Translations under genes and position numbers: made by a program | The notes under the pieces: model-generated | The model's input: only the letters and a program-made list of their open reading frames with translations | The model's database searches: none | Told to the model about the DNA's origin: nothing | Shown here: positions 13,375-25,621 of the stretch, in pieces | How the letters are laid out: every line of letters starts with the position of its first letter | Numbering within the stretch: the stretch's first letter is position 1 | Assembly: GCF_035084215.1 (NCBI RefSeq) | Contig: NC_090340.1 | Location: 5,828,001 to 5,892,000, forward strand | From: Heptranchias perlo | Taxonomy: Eukaryota | Reading direction: 5' to 3' | Length of the DNA stretch: 64,000 nucleotides

Positions 13375-13760
13375 TTTGAAATGTATAAAATTCTTACAGA
13401 GCTTGATAGAGTATATGCTGAGACGCAGTCTCTCCTGGCTGGAGAGTCCAGAACTAGGGATCATAGTCTCAGGATAAGGGATCGGCCATTTAGGACTGAG
13501 ATGAGGAAAAATTTCTTCACTCAGAATGTTGTGAATCTTCAGAGCTCTCTACACCCAGAGTGCTGTGGATGCTGAGTTGTTGAGTATATTCAATATTGAG
13601 ATCTATAGATTTTTGGACACTAATGGAATCAAAGGATCTCGGAATAGGGCAAGAAAGTTGAGTTGAGGTCGAAGATCAGCCATGACCTTATTGAATGGCA
13701 GAGCAGTCTCGAGGGGCAGTATGGCCTAATGCTGCTCCTATTGTTTATGTCCTTATGTTT
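13375..13760 (+). mobile_element. CR1 3' end
   Basis: YKILTELDRV...SRTRDHSLRI...FFTQNVVNL followed by the CR1 3' UTR. Confidence 0.9.
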
Positions 13761-14210
13761 TATCCCTTGATACCTTTATCTAATAAAAATCTTCGATCAC
13801 AGTATTGAAAACTTCAATGGACCAAGCATCAACAACCTTTTGCAGGGAGAATCCCACACTGCCACGTTCCTCCTGATTGTGCCCCCTTGTTGCTTTCACT
13901 CATTGGAGGAAAGAGTTTCTCTGTATTTACCCTATCGAATCCCTTTATCATTTTAAATAGGTTCAATGAAATCACTCCTCAAATTTGATGAAATACAAGC
14001 GAAGTTAATCAACCTGTCCTCCTAAATTATTCCTATAGCCCCGGTATCAATTTAGTTAATCTGAGCTGCATCCCCTCTAAGGCCAATATATCCTTCCTGA
14101 GGTGGGGTGCCCAGAACTGAATGCAATATTCCACATGGGGTCCGACCTAGGCCCTTTACTGCTTAACCATAACTTCCTCTCCTTTATAGTCCAACCCTCT
14201 TGAGACAAAG
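13761..14210 (-). mobile_element. CR1 fragment, tail-to-tail with the previous element
   Basis: Reverse complement contains the ...GGAATATTGCATTCAGTTCTGGGCACCCC (EYCIQFWAP) region. Confidence 0.8.
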
Positions 14211-15250
14211 AGTTGCTGCCTTCAAAACTGGAGACATTGGAGTTAATATACAACCTCAGCGGAGGCGCAAAACAGGCGGTAGCTGATCGGCCGCCCGTTA
14301 TATACTCCCTAATTCTCCTTTCCACCTATATCATTTTCACGAACAGTTCCAAATACCTTACACATAGCGAGCTAAGCAATGCAACTCCTCCTCATTGTGA
14401 CACAGTGGGGGTGGAGTGAAATTGGTCTTCGGCAATAGCGTCAAACGGGCAATAGTGTGCGCCAGTTTTGCCCCACCACCAGAAGTCCAATTTCACTCCC
14501 CAAAAAGAAGAACTGTGTTTAAGGCTTCCACGCTCCTGTCACCGAGGTTAAGACGGAGTTGCTCGCGTATATGCTCTAGCTTCGATCTTCCTTTCCACCT
14601 TCTCTCGATGGGGATAGGTGAAAAGAACGGTCTGTTCCCCACTTTCAGCGATTAACGGAACGCATTTCTGGCTAATTCCTATGTCGCAGGACGTCTGAGG
14701 AAAGGCGCATAATGGAATGCAGAGAATAATTATTTCTGTGAAGTTAAATACAGATATCATAAGTTGACAATGGCCCACAAGATTGATAAGGTAGGCTTGC
14801 ATTTATTCAGGTAATATCTGGTGGCCCTGACATCTGAAAGCGTTTTACACATTAAATACAGTTAGTGCGGAATACCGGTTCTGCCGGCAAAGGTGATTGA
14901 CAATCTGGGATCGCAAGGTCCCACAAACAGCGGAGGGTGGGTGAGCAGTCAATTAGTTTGTACTGTTGTTGGCCGAGAGAACATTGTTGGCTACTACACA
15001 GAGAAAATAGCCTTATTGTCGGAAAGACAGGGCGATCCGCGCAACTATTACATTGTTTAAAGTTATGCATGTCCACTAACGCACACCTACAACAAATTGC
15101 CTGCATTGAATCTTTGCAACAGTTCATGAAACCCTTTCCGAGTAGCAACAGCAGATGTGGAAATAACCAACAGGGTGTCCTTTGAAATTAACATTTTCAG
15201 CAGTTATCATGCGTACTGCGGGTGGTTCAAGTTGCTTATGGTCATTGCAC

Positions 15251-15301
15251 AGATAGAAATCTTATCTATCACCTAAACTCACGTGTTGATACGCCCACGT
15301 G
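15251..15301 (+). promoter_or_regulatory. Proximal promoter motifs of the VJ-C1 gene
   Basis: GATA-type sites AGATAG (15251) and CTTATCT (15261); two CACGTG E-boxes (15280, 15296), 45-95 nt upstream of the ATG. Confidence 0.35.
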
Positions 15302-15344
15302 AAACCAGACATCCTCGGCTTATTCATTATTTATTTTAATCAAA

Positions 15345-15423
15345 ATGATCGCTTCAATTCAACCAGTCAAGATGCTGAGAGCCGTGCTTCAGTGCATGAT
15401 CTTTCTGAAGATCAGCTGCACCG
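15345..15423 (+). CDS. VJ-C1 receptor exon 1: signal peptide
   Basis: AAAATG; reads MIASIQPVKMLRAVLQCMIFLKISCT, then a phase-1 donor ACCG|GTAAAT (alternative in-frame ATG at 15372). Confidence 0.8.
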
Positions 15424-15642
15424 GTAAATTTATTTTTCAGCGCTCTTTCCTAATTATAAACGCCCTTTCATCTCCTTAATTGATTAATATTATTTACGGC
15501 GCTCATTCTGCGCTTTTTTATTATCCGTTTATTGCCAGTGTTTCTTTGCATTTCATAATTTCCTTTATTTTATTGAGCTTCCTTATTTCAATTTCTGCTT
15601 CTGTTTTAATGTTGCGTTTAAACCTTTGTTCGACCGTTGTTG

Positions 15643-15948
15643 GTAATCCTTCGCCAACCGTGAAACAAGCTCCTGATTCCGCAGTGAGGAGCGGCGGCGC
15701 CGTTACTCTATATTGTATATATCCCATCTTCACCGACAAGAGACCAGTGAAAGTGCATTGGTGGAGAGACGGGGAGGATGGATTCTTGGAGGAAAGTGCA
15801 GACAGCAGAATCCGGTTTTATTTCCTAAACAACGGGGGAGCTGCTTTTAAGCTGGTATCTGTGAGAGCCGAGGACGCGGGGCTCTATTACTGCAGAGTGA
15901 TACACCTGACGGTTCTAAATGGAACCGGCACAAAGCTTGATGTTTACG
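15643..15948 (+). CDS. VJ-C1 receptor exon 2: germline-joined VJ-type Ig V domain (NKp30/NCR3-like)
   Basis: GNPSPTVKQAPDSAVRSGGAVTLYCIYPIFTDKRPVKVHWWRDG...EDAGLYYCRVIHLTVLNGTGTKLDVY: B-strand Cys, C-strand Trp, DxGxYYC and a J-like GxGTKLxV; donor TACG|GTGAGT. The acceptor at the expected position reads TG, not AG. Confidence 0.92.
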
Positions 15949-17687
15949 GTGAGTGTCATGGTGATGGGCAATCGGAATCCGCCAACTTCGGTTTGGCATA
16001 TGGTAAATAATTTCAAAGCTCTGCCGCCAATACACTGCAGAATGACAGTCGATTTAATAACGCCTGACTGAGAAGATATAGAAAGCGTAAGGTTCAGAAC
16101 GATCATTCGCTCGCTGTGGCTCATGGTTTAAACAGTCATTTTGAAATGCGATCTTTGTTACTCTATGGTTTCGAATGATATTTTTAATTTTCTACTCCTG
16201 CTGCATAAGATTTCGCCCTTTATTTGAGTAGTTCTCTCAACAATAAACGTGAATGTAAATTTCAAATTAATTTTTCCAACTTTTACTCAAACATAAAAGT
16301 TCTACAATTAATTCATTGGATAACTATATATTTACAAAATAACCGGTAAATTATCAGAGATCACATTTTGAATGTTGCCCTGCTAACTTAATTTATGTGG
16401 ATGAAAATAATTGATATTGAATCAGAAAGGGAATTGAAAGAACATAAAGAGAAAACAATTTCAGTAAGCGTTGTTAGTCTGGATAAATCAGATTTCCGAG
16501 TTTCTTTGCTTCGTTCAAACAAGACCAGCCTAGTGTTAATCACTCGTTTTGATCTCTCATTGTAGCCTATTTTTGAAAGATGCCGCTCATTAAAATGAGC
16601 TCCGTGCCCTTGTAACCTGTGTCACTTTACAGATCGGGGATGTCACTTGTGACATTTACTCGATATGGGTATCACTCTTTTTACATATTGCGAAATATGA
16701 GAGCACCTTGATCTTAGACTCGAAAACAGAATCACACAATTAATATGTAACGATTAATGTGAGCTTTCAAAATGTCGAAAATGTATTTCCATACAACTAA
16801 TTATTTAAAAATATGGTCACTGTTGCTGAACCGGCAAACGCGTGGCTGTTTTTCCCACAGAAAGTTCCGACAAACAGCAAGCAAATGTCTTACTAGTCAG
16901 ACTAGTTTCGTGGTCTGAGAGAGTCACGATCGGCTGCGAGCTTGCTCCTCAGAGTCGCATAGCGCGATACGATCTTTAATGGCGATCAGATGGGGAAGAG
17001 AGGTACAGAATATAACCACATTGGAAAGAGGGCATATGTTACAATGCAGCAATCCATCGGGTAATGCATCATTGTCATAGATTTTGTGTCTAATTTTTGG
17101 ATTGGACCTTATATCCACGTTTGGCCGCCGCAAGGCCAGAGGATTATTGAAACAGATGGGATTACATTTACTCAGACTTGTAGATTGGACTTTGATTTAA
17201 TTTACAATCCATTGATTTTACTTTGATGAGTGCGAGCTCGGCAGAGTTTATTACATCTGGGTTAGATAATTGTGCGTTGGTGCTTCACTACTGGTTCAAT
17301 GTTACGTTGTCGGAGAGACCTTTCCATGGATGAGGCGCTAAGGACCCCACAGCCCACAATCATCCTTTAAAAAAATCTTTTTGATGAGCCAAACATCTCA
17401 TTGTTGCTTTGGACGGCACAACAATGAAGTAATACATGCATTAAGTACTTCGGAAAGTTTGGACAAGATGGTAAGACGCTGTAAGAACGTAGTTATTCTA
17501 TTTCGCAGATGAAACTTATGATAGTTGGCCGATGGAGGGGCTAAGGTATCATTTCATTTGATTCAGCCTCTGTGATGCGATATGCTAAAGGCCCTACATA
17601 AATGTAATCTGTTGTCCTTAGAAGTTTAAAAAAAATCTAACATTTGGCTTAGGAAATATTTACTGGTTCCCTTTCTTATTACATGGA

Positions 17688-17875
17688 GTGGAGATGCCGG
17701 TGATGGACTGGGGCTGACAATTGTAAACAATTTTACAACACCAAGTTATAGTCCAGCAATTTTATTTTAAATTCACAAGCTTTCGTTCACCTGACGAAGG
17801 AGGAACCCTCCGAAAGCTTGTGAATTTAAAATAAAATTGCTGGACTATAACTTGGTGTTGTAAAATTGTTTACAA
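17688..17875 (+). mobile_element. Penelope-type non-autonomous palindromic insertion with 12-bp TSD
   Basis: TTATTACATGGA at 17676-17687 and 17876-17887; perfect 67-bp inverted repeat at 17719-17785 / 17811-17877. Confidence 0.85.
17786..17824 (+). ncRNA. Minimal type I hammerhead ribozyme motif
   Basis: UUCAC (stem I) - CUGACGA - A - GGAGG AAC CCUCC (stem II) - GAAA - GC - UU - GUGAA (stem I'). The conserved core is intact; stem III is vestigial and palindromic (AGCU). Confidence 0.75.
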
Positions 17876-17889
17876 TTATTACATGGAAT

Positions 17890-18885
17890 TACAAAGAATG
17901 TATAGCACCGAAACATGCCATATGGCCTATCGGGTCCATGCTGGTGTTTATGCTCCACACGAGCCTCCTCCCACCCTTCTTCATCTAATCTCTTCAACAT
18001 ATCCTTCAATTACTTTCTCTATCATGTGTTTATCTAGCTTACCCTTCAATGCATCTATGCCTCAGCTACACCTTGTGGTAGCGTTTTCCACATTTTAACC
18101 ACTCTCTAGGTAAAGAAATTTCTCCTGAATTCCCTGTTGGATTTATAAGTGACTATCTTATAATTATGGTCCCTAACCTGGCCTCCCCCGAAAGTAGAAA
18201 CCTTTTCTCTAGATCAACCTATCGCACCCTTTCATAATCTTAAAAACTTCTATCAGGTCACCCTTCAGTCTTCTCTGTTCTAGAGAAAAGAACCCCAGCC
18301 TGTTCAATCGTTCCTGATACGTATAACCTCTCTGTTCTGATATCACCCTAGTAAAGCTGTTTTGCACCTTCTCCAGTGACTCTACGCCCTTTTTTTATAA
18401 TATGAAGATCAGAAATGTTCACAGTACCCCAAGTGTGGTCCAACTAAGGTTCTATAAAAGTTTAACATAACTTCTTTACTTTTCAATTCTAACACTCCAG
18501 GAATGAACCCCAGTGCTTTGTTACACTTTTTATGGCTTTATTAACCGGCGTGGCTAGTTTTAGAGTTTGTTGTAACTGTACCCCCAGATCTCACTGCTCT
18601 GTTACCCCATACAGGCACTTATTTTCCAAGGACTAATCGGCCTCCTTATTCTTCCTACCAAAATCTACCACTTCACACTTATCTATATTGAAATTAATTT
18701 GCCAATTACATGTTCTGCAGTCTTTATTAATGTATTCCTGGATTTTGTTGCATTCATCCTCAGAAATAACTATGCCCCCAATCTGGTGTCATCCGCCAAT
18801 TTTGAAATTGTACTTCCGATTCCGGAGTCCAAATCGTTTATGTAAATAGTGAACAATAATGGTCCCAACCTCGATTTTTCTGGAA
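17890..18885 (-). mobile_element. CR1 LINE, 5'-truncated (intron 2)
   Basis: Reverse complement shows TCAAAATTGGCGGATGACACC (SK.ADDT) and the CR1 3' UTR. Confidence 0.9.
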
Positions 18886-19089
18886 CACGCGCTAATTTGT
18901 ATTGTTCACTGACACTCATAAAATACAGCGAATACGCTTTTAAAACATGTTGAGCTGGTTATAATGTACGGCTGGGGGTCCATTGTGGTTTCATTAAGTC
19001 CTTTATCGGACTTGCAGCGGTGGAATTTGCTTCAGATTCGCGAAATCAATTCACGATGTAAAATCAAATGTTTGCTTCATTTTTTTCAG

Positions 19090-19395
19090 AGCCCCCGACA
19101 CCTCTTTGGATGGCCGCCAGGCGGATTGAAATTGGTTCAGCGCTTCCTCTGACTCTCGTGTGTAAAACAGCCGCGTTTTCCCCGGAGGATCTGAACATCA
19201 CTTGGTACAAAAATGGATCAGAATTTGTAACCGGAATTGAGCATTTCAAACGGCGCAACCCAGCGGGTCTATATGAGGTTACCAGCTACCTGAATGAGAC
19301 AGAGCCCGTGGATAACGGGATGGTTTATACCTGTCAGGTGTCTCATGTTTCCCTCCAGATTCCAGCCAATATCAGCTACACTTTCCATAATTTGG
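19090..19395 (+). CDS. VJ-C1 receptor exon 3: Ig C1-set domain
   Basis: Acceptor TTTTTTTCAG|AG. Reads EPPTPLW...LTLVCKTAAFSPEDLNITWYKNG...GLYEVTSYL...VYTCQVSHVSLQIPANISYTFHNL (C1 signatures LxCxxxxFxP, WxxNG, YxCxVxHxSL); donor TTGG|GTAAGA; phase 1-1, 306 nt. Confidence 0.95.
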
Positions 19396-19973
19396 GTAAG
19401 ATCAACCTATGAATTGTTAGTTTGCTTTAGCCATTTGAAAACGTGATTCTTATGTGCAATAGACATTACCTTAAACAGCTGTTTTAACAGTCTTCTGTTC
19501 AGCAATAGTTTGGGCCGTCACATTTTATGCAGCACAGCTTCGGGTTGCACTGAAGCACAGGTTCTGATTGCTTGACATGTCGTGAAAATATTGCATTGTC
19601 TAGAGGGAAAATAAACGGTAAATAACTAAATTCTAAATCTACCAATCCTGCAGGGAGGTCGGGAAACCTAAAGGGTCCCAGGCGTTACAAATTATTATTG
19701 AAAGTCTTTTAGTGGGTAGTATATTGCTTTCCAGTAAGCCAATGAGTTCATGATGTGAATCATTTCTAAAGGAACAAATTTGTAAAAAGTTCCGAATAAA
19801 AATCATAAAATCAAGATTAAATGTATCTAGAAAATGTCATTTGTTTGTTCCACGCTGAGAAACCTGAAAGCTTTGGCCACGGGCTTTCCTGGACTGTCAC
19901 TCTATCATTTGAAGGAAGATCTCAATACGTAATAGATTACAACTCGCAAAATGTCCAGAATCACTTAATGAGG

Positions 19974-21411
19974 CACTTTAAGGACAAAGTGATTTAGGTC
20001 AATTGAAAAGAAATTCGGGCGGAGTACAGAACGTCGGCCGATTCTCCATCGCCCGTTTTGCGCTACCGCCCAAGACCAATGTTCACCCTCAAGATCCTAA
20101 AATGAAACCAAGTTTCACGCCGCAAACTTGTCTTCAAGTCAAATGAACAGCACGATATTTTGAACTTGTTGGCCCGCTTAATAGACCAGGGTCTTTTAAT
20201 GATTGACGGTGACACTAACCATTCAGACTGCAATGTTTTTTTTTGATTGTAACCACCGCTCTCTCCTGTACGGATGGCAAAGCACTGGCGTCACAAGCGG
20301 GTGGGCTATTTCTATAATTGGAAAGTTATTGTTGTATTAAAGCACCAAAAACATAAACCATGACCTTTGGAACATTAACTGAAGCAACTGGGCCAGGAAG
20401 TTAACTATCTGCAGGCGGCTGTTTATTTATGTGGCACGTGTTTAGTAAAGCAGAAATCCGGGTATTTTCTGTTGCAGAAGGGATAATTTTACCCTCATTC
20501 ACCCGGTGGGCAGTGTGTAAAGCTAACGCTTCATCCTATCCCGTCAGTTTCTCGACAGGCTGGTAAGGTTAAAATTGCCCTCTTGGTCTCCACAGCCTTC
20601 TGTGGTATAGAATTCCACCGGTTCACCACTCTCTGAGTGAAGAAATTTTTCCTCATCTCAGTCCAACATGTCCTACCCCGTATCCGGAGACTGTACCCCT
20701 CATTCTAGATCACCCAGCCAGGGGAAATATCCTCTCTGCATCCAGTTTGTCTAGCACTGTCAGAATTTTATACATTTCAATGAGATAGCCACTTTAAGGA
20801 AAAGTGATTTAGGTCAATCGAAAAGAAAATCGGGCAGAATGCCTGTCCAGCGATTCTCCATCGCCCGTTTTGCGTAACTGCAAGACGAATTTTCACCCTA
20901 AAGATCTTAGAATGAAACCAAGTTTCAGGCCGCAAACCTGCCTTCAAGTCAAATGAACAGCACCATATTTTGAACTCGTTGGCCCGCTTACCACACCAAG
21001 ATTTTTAACGATTGACAGTGAGACCGGCCATTCAGACTGCAACGTTTTGTTGCTTGTTACCACTGCTCTCTTCTGGACGGATGGAAAAGCATTGGCGTCA
21101 CACGCAGGTGAGCTATTTTTGGAGTGGAAAGTTGTTATTTGTATCAAAGCGCCAAAAGCATAAAACATGTCTCTTGGAATATTAACTGAATCAACCGGGC
21201 CAGCAAGCTAACTACCTGCAGGAAGTTATTTATTTATATGGCACATGTTTAGTAAAGCAGCAATCTGTGTATTTTCTGATGCAGACGGAGCAATTTTACC
21301 CTAACTCACCCGGTGGGAAACCCAATTTAATGGAGATTAAAAACCGGCAGAGTGTGAAGCCAGCTGATCCCGTCAGTTTCCCGACCAGCAGTTTAAGTTA
21401 AAATTGCTCCC
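19974..21411. repeat. Diverged tandem duplication (~610 bp x2) in intron 3, copies separated by a CR1 fragment (~20582-20788)
   Basis: Copy 1 (~19974-20582) and copy 2 (~20790-21411) share CACTTTAAGGA..AAAGTGATTTAGGTCAAT, GATTCTCCATCGCCCGTTTTGCG, CTTCAAGTCAAATGAACAGCAC and CCCGTCAGTTTC. Confidence 0.9.
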
Positions 21412-22163
21412 ATTGTCTCGAAATTTGATCTGTAATTGAAAAACGTTTCCACTTTGCAACTGTCTCCTAAAGCACTGCTGGGGCAAAAAAAGAATAATAT
21501 TTTTACATGGTCCGAATCTGCAGTGAGTTCCCAGTAAGCTGGCCTTTTCCCGGGCCATTATGTCTCTGCATTTTACATACAGAGATGAATTAGGTTGCTT
21601 TGTGATGTGTGAAAAGGAGCAATTATTTATCTACCTACAGTCTCTAAGGAAACCGATTTCATAGTTATCAGGGTCCCACAAACAGAAATTAGATACTGGC
21701 CCGTTACTCTGCTTTTGGAGTTGTTCATTCGTTCTGTATTAGTTTTCTGTCCAACTCTGTGGTATATATTCTCCCACTGAAAGTAGTATACATATCAGAA
21801 AATATGTGTGTTTTTATAAAAAAGTAGACTTCCTAATGCCCGAAATGCACCAATTAAAATACCAAAATTTAACTTTTCTGAGGAAACATTGCCTCAACTG
21901 CTTCCAGAAAATAGATCTAATGGTTGATGTGCGGTACACCCATTTTAAATCCCCAGTGCAGCCCTGACTCGAAGAAATCAGACCATGTCAGCGGGTGAGA
22001 ATATAATCAGTCCCAACATTCAGGGCACAGTAAAATTATAGATCCTTAATTAACTGGAAAGATTCAGACTGATTATACAACTCACTCTCTCTCTCTCTCC
22101 TTTTGTCTCTTTGCTGTTTCTCATGAGAATCCTTAAATTTTTTCTTCTGTTGCTACCCACCAG

Positions 22164-22276
22164 GTTCTACTGACCGATTCAAAACCATCAACCTGCGCCG
22201 TTTATTATTGGGGTTAATGGTGATTCTGATGGGGTCCGCCGTCATCGTGGACCATTTGAATTCAGTCCCCTTTTAA
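22164..22276 (+). CDS. VJ-C1 receptor exon 4: connecting peptide, transmembrane segment and short tail
   Basis: Acceptor CTACCCACCAG|GT after a pyrimidine tract; reads GSTDRFKTINLRRLLLGLMVILMGSAVIVDHLNSVPF*; donor AG|GTAAGG at 22279. Confidence 0.85.
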
Positions 22277-22479
22277 AGGTAAGGCATTATTTTTTCGTTT
22301 CAGATTATCGCAGCAGAAATATAACAATAGAAGAAAGCAAGCAAAAAGAGATAGAATCCTTTATGTGAATTTAGCTGTCTGGGTGGATTGTCTTCCTACA
22401 TATTGGCTGCCCCTCATTCATTCCCAAATTTCTTATCCACCCGAGTATTCACAGCAGGAAAAGTAAATCATATTAAAGT

Positions 22480-22740
22480 GTGAATATGTCACTCGTTGTT
22501 ACGCACCCAACTTTCACTCGCTGTTATACACACAAACTCATCTCTCACTCGCTGTTACACACCCACGCCATATCTCATTTACTGTAAAATACACACAGCC
22601 AAGTCTTACTCACTTTGCTAACCCACACCGATCCGTCACTCACTATTACAACCCAAACACTTAACTCTCAATCACTTTACACACCCACACCCTTCTCTCA
22701 CTAACTCACACAAGTACAGCTACAACTCAATGTTTGTTAC
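22480..22740. repeat. Degenerate CA-rich minisatellite (CACTCGCTGTTACACAC-like units)
   Basis: Recurrent CACTCGCTGTTA(C/T)AC motif. Confidence 0.6.
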
Positions 22741-22939
22741 TGATCCTCGTTTATCACTGACTCAGAAACCATTCTCTATAATTTTCTGCATGTAATACAG
22801 CTGCAGAGCTTGAATTTTCACTCGTTTGCTCTTCTGGATATAATGACCCAACTTGTACACTTGATCACAGAACAGATAGCCGGACACCCTTCATTCTGTC
22901 TTTATACAGGGCCAGTAAAAACCACTAAGCGGCAAGAGC

Positions 22940-24970
22940 TCTACTTACCAAATAAAAAAGCCATGGTCGACAAAAGAGATGAGAGATAAATTAAAACTGA
23001 AGGAAAGAGCAAACAAAAGCGCAAAGAATATTATAGATCCAGGGGATTGGTAGAGATATAAAGAAAACCAAAGGAAGAAATAAAAGATAGAAAGGTCTGC
23101 AGAAACCCGGAAAAGAAACTTTCAAGGGATGTAAAGAATAACATAAACAGTTTTTTAAATTATGTTAAAAGTAAAAGAGTAATCTCGGGTAATGTGGGGC
23201 CCTTAAAAATGGAAACAGGCGATATTGCAAATGAAAATATGGAAATAACAGATTTGTTGAATAATACTTTGTGGTCAGTCTTCAGAGTGGAGGAAGAGGA
23301 TATTATACATGACATTCCAATTAAACTAATAATGAATCAAGATCTGGAACGCACTAAAGTTAACATAAGCAAGAAAACAGTATTAGAAAAAATAATGGCA
23401 CTAAAGACTGACAAATCCCCAGGATCTGATAGTTTCCACCCTCGGTTTTTAAAGGAAGTAGGTGAGGAAATTTCAGATGCTTTAGCCATAATCTTCCAAC
23501 GCTCTCTTGATTCAGTACTTGTTCCTTTTGATTGGAAGAGTGCAAATGTAACTCCATTAATTAAGCAAGGTGTGCGAGAGAAATCTGAAAATTTTAGACC
23601 TGTTAGTCCAACGCATGTTGTGGGGAAGATATTGGAATCTGTAATGGACAGCGTGACTGAGCACTTAGAGAAATTTAAGCTGATTAGAGAGAGCCAACTT
23701 TGATATGTAACGGGCGGGTCCTGTCTAACGAAACTAATTGAATTGTTTGAGGAATTAACCAAAGTAGTAGACAGGTGAATGTCTATGGATGTTGTTGAGA
23801 TGGACTTTCGCAAGGCATTTGACAAGGTTCTACATAAGATGCTGTCTGCAAAAAATTAAAGCTCATGGAATTGGAGGCAAATTATTGACCTGGTTAGCAG
23901 ATTGGTTAGGTGGTAGAACACAGAGAGTAGGGATAATGGCTATGTACTCGAATTGGAAGGAAGTGAGTAATGGTGTCCCACAACGATCTGTGTTGGGGCC
24001 TCAACTATTCACTACATATAATAATAACTTAGATAACACAATAGAGAGCCATATATCCAAGTTTACTGAATACACAACATTAGTGGCATAGTAAGTAGTG
24101 CAGACAGAATCATAGAATTACAAAGAGACATTGATAGATTCTGTAAGTGGGCACAACTGTGGCAGGTCGATTTCAATGCAGGTAAGTGTGAGGTCATCCA
24201 CCTTAGAGAGGGTAATGAATGGGAGCTCCGAGCATTTTTAAATGGTGAAAAGCCAGGAACAGTGGAGGTCCAAAGAGATTTAGTAGTCCCTGTACACAGA
24301 TTACTAAAATATAGTGGTCAGGTTCAAGAAATAATCAAAAAGGCTAATCGAATGCCAGCCTTTATATCTAGAGGGCTAAAATATAAAAGGGAGGATGTTT
24401 TTTCTTCTACAGCTGTCCAAAGCCCGTGTTAGACCATATCTGGAGTACTGTGCACAATTCTGGACGCGGCTCCTTAGAAAGGATATATTGGCCTTAGAAC
24501 GAGTGCAGCGTAGATTAGCCAGAATGTTACCAGCAGTCCAAGAGTTAAAATATGAGGCGAGATTACATAAACTAGGCTTGTATTCCCTGGAATATAGAAG
24601 GTTAAAGCGTGATTTCATTGACGTTTGTGGGATTTTGAATGGAACTGATAGGGTAAATAGAGGGGACATAGCCTTAAAATCAGAGCCAGGAGAGAAGTTA
24701 GGAAACATTTCTTCACGCTAAGGGTGGCAGAAGTGTGGAACTCTCACCCTCAAAAAGCAGTAGATTATAGCGCAATTAATAATTTAAATCTGAGATCGAT
24801 AGATTTCAGCAAGCCAACGTTATTAAACAATATGGAGCCAAGGAGTGTATATGGAGTTAGAATACAGGTCTGCCATGGCATCATTCAATGGCGGAACAGG
24901 TTCAAAGGGCTGAATGGCCTACTCCTGTTCTTAAGTTCTAATTGATACAGGGACATTCCTATGTTCCTAC
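22940..24970 (+). mobile_element. CR1 LINE ORF2 fragment with 3' end (intron 4)
   Basis: ORFs 23194-23703 (KSPGSDSFHPR, WKSANVTPL), 23789-24091 (GVPQRSVLGP) and 24395-24721 (LEYCAQFW). Confidence 0.95.
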
Positions 24971-25621
24971 ATGCGGTTTGAGATGCCTATATTACGTCGT
25001 GACGGTGCCAGATAATTAATTTATCTTTTGAAATGTTTATTTGTTTCTATTTATGAAGAGATTAAATCATGTCGAACACAACAGGATTACGTACGTGTGT
25101 GGTAGTGTATGTCTGTCCGTTTTCCCGTGTATAGTTTTGTGTGGTCTGTTTGTTTTTTTGTGTGTCTGTATGGTTGTGTGTCCGTCTGTTTTTCTGTGCA
25201 CGTGTGTGTGGTTTTGTGAGTATTTCCTACAATTCAACACAACTTGCCAACTGCTGCGGTCCTGCTCCAAGGCCCGTAAGGTACTGCCATCCCACGAAAT
25301 GGCCATTGTTCACGATAGAGCCCAGATAGGGAGGGTCCCAGGGCCAAGAACGCTTTTTATAATAAAGTCGAGCGACAACTGACCTCGCCCAAACTAAAGC
25401 ACATAAGTGGGCACAATTAGGGCCAGGGTCGCTAGCTGATCTTCCTCATCATGGGACACGATGACAATTTGTACAACTCCTGTCCCGGCTGAGGTCCGAT
25501 AACTCAGTACAACAAATATTCAATTTAGGACCTTCCTGTTTTCATGCCTCAATATCAAACGCGCCTTGCTATGCTCCAGATTTACTCCGGTTCATTAATA
25601 AATCTTCTTTCCTTTTAACAG

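Noticed and set aside
14401-14440. CACAGTG heptamer upstream of the V exon as an RSS
   Set aside because: There is no nonamer at 12 or 23 bp spacing and it is not adjacent to a coding segment; the same applies to CACAGTG at ~36027.
15480-15642. Hydrophobic N-terminal extension of ORF 15480-16010 as a real TM or signal sequence
   Set aside because: It starts at TTG in T-rich intron sequence, and a proper ATG leader exon with a phase-1 donor lies at 15345-15423.
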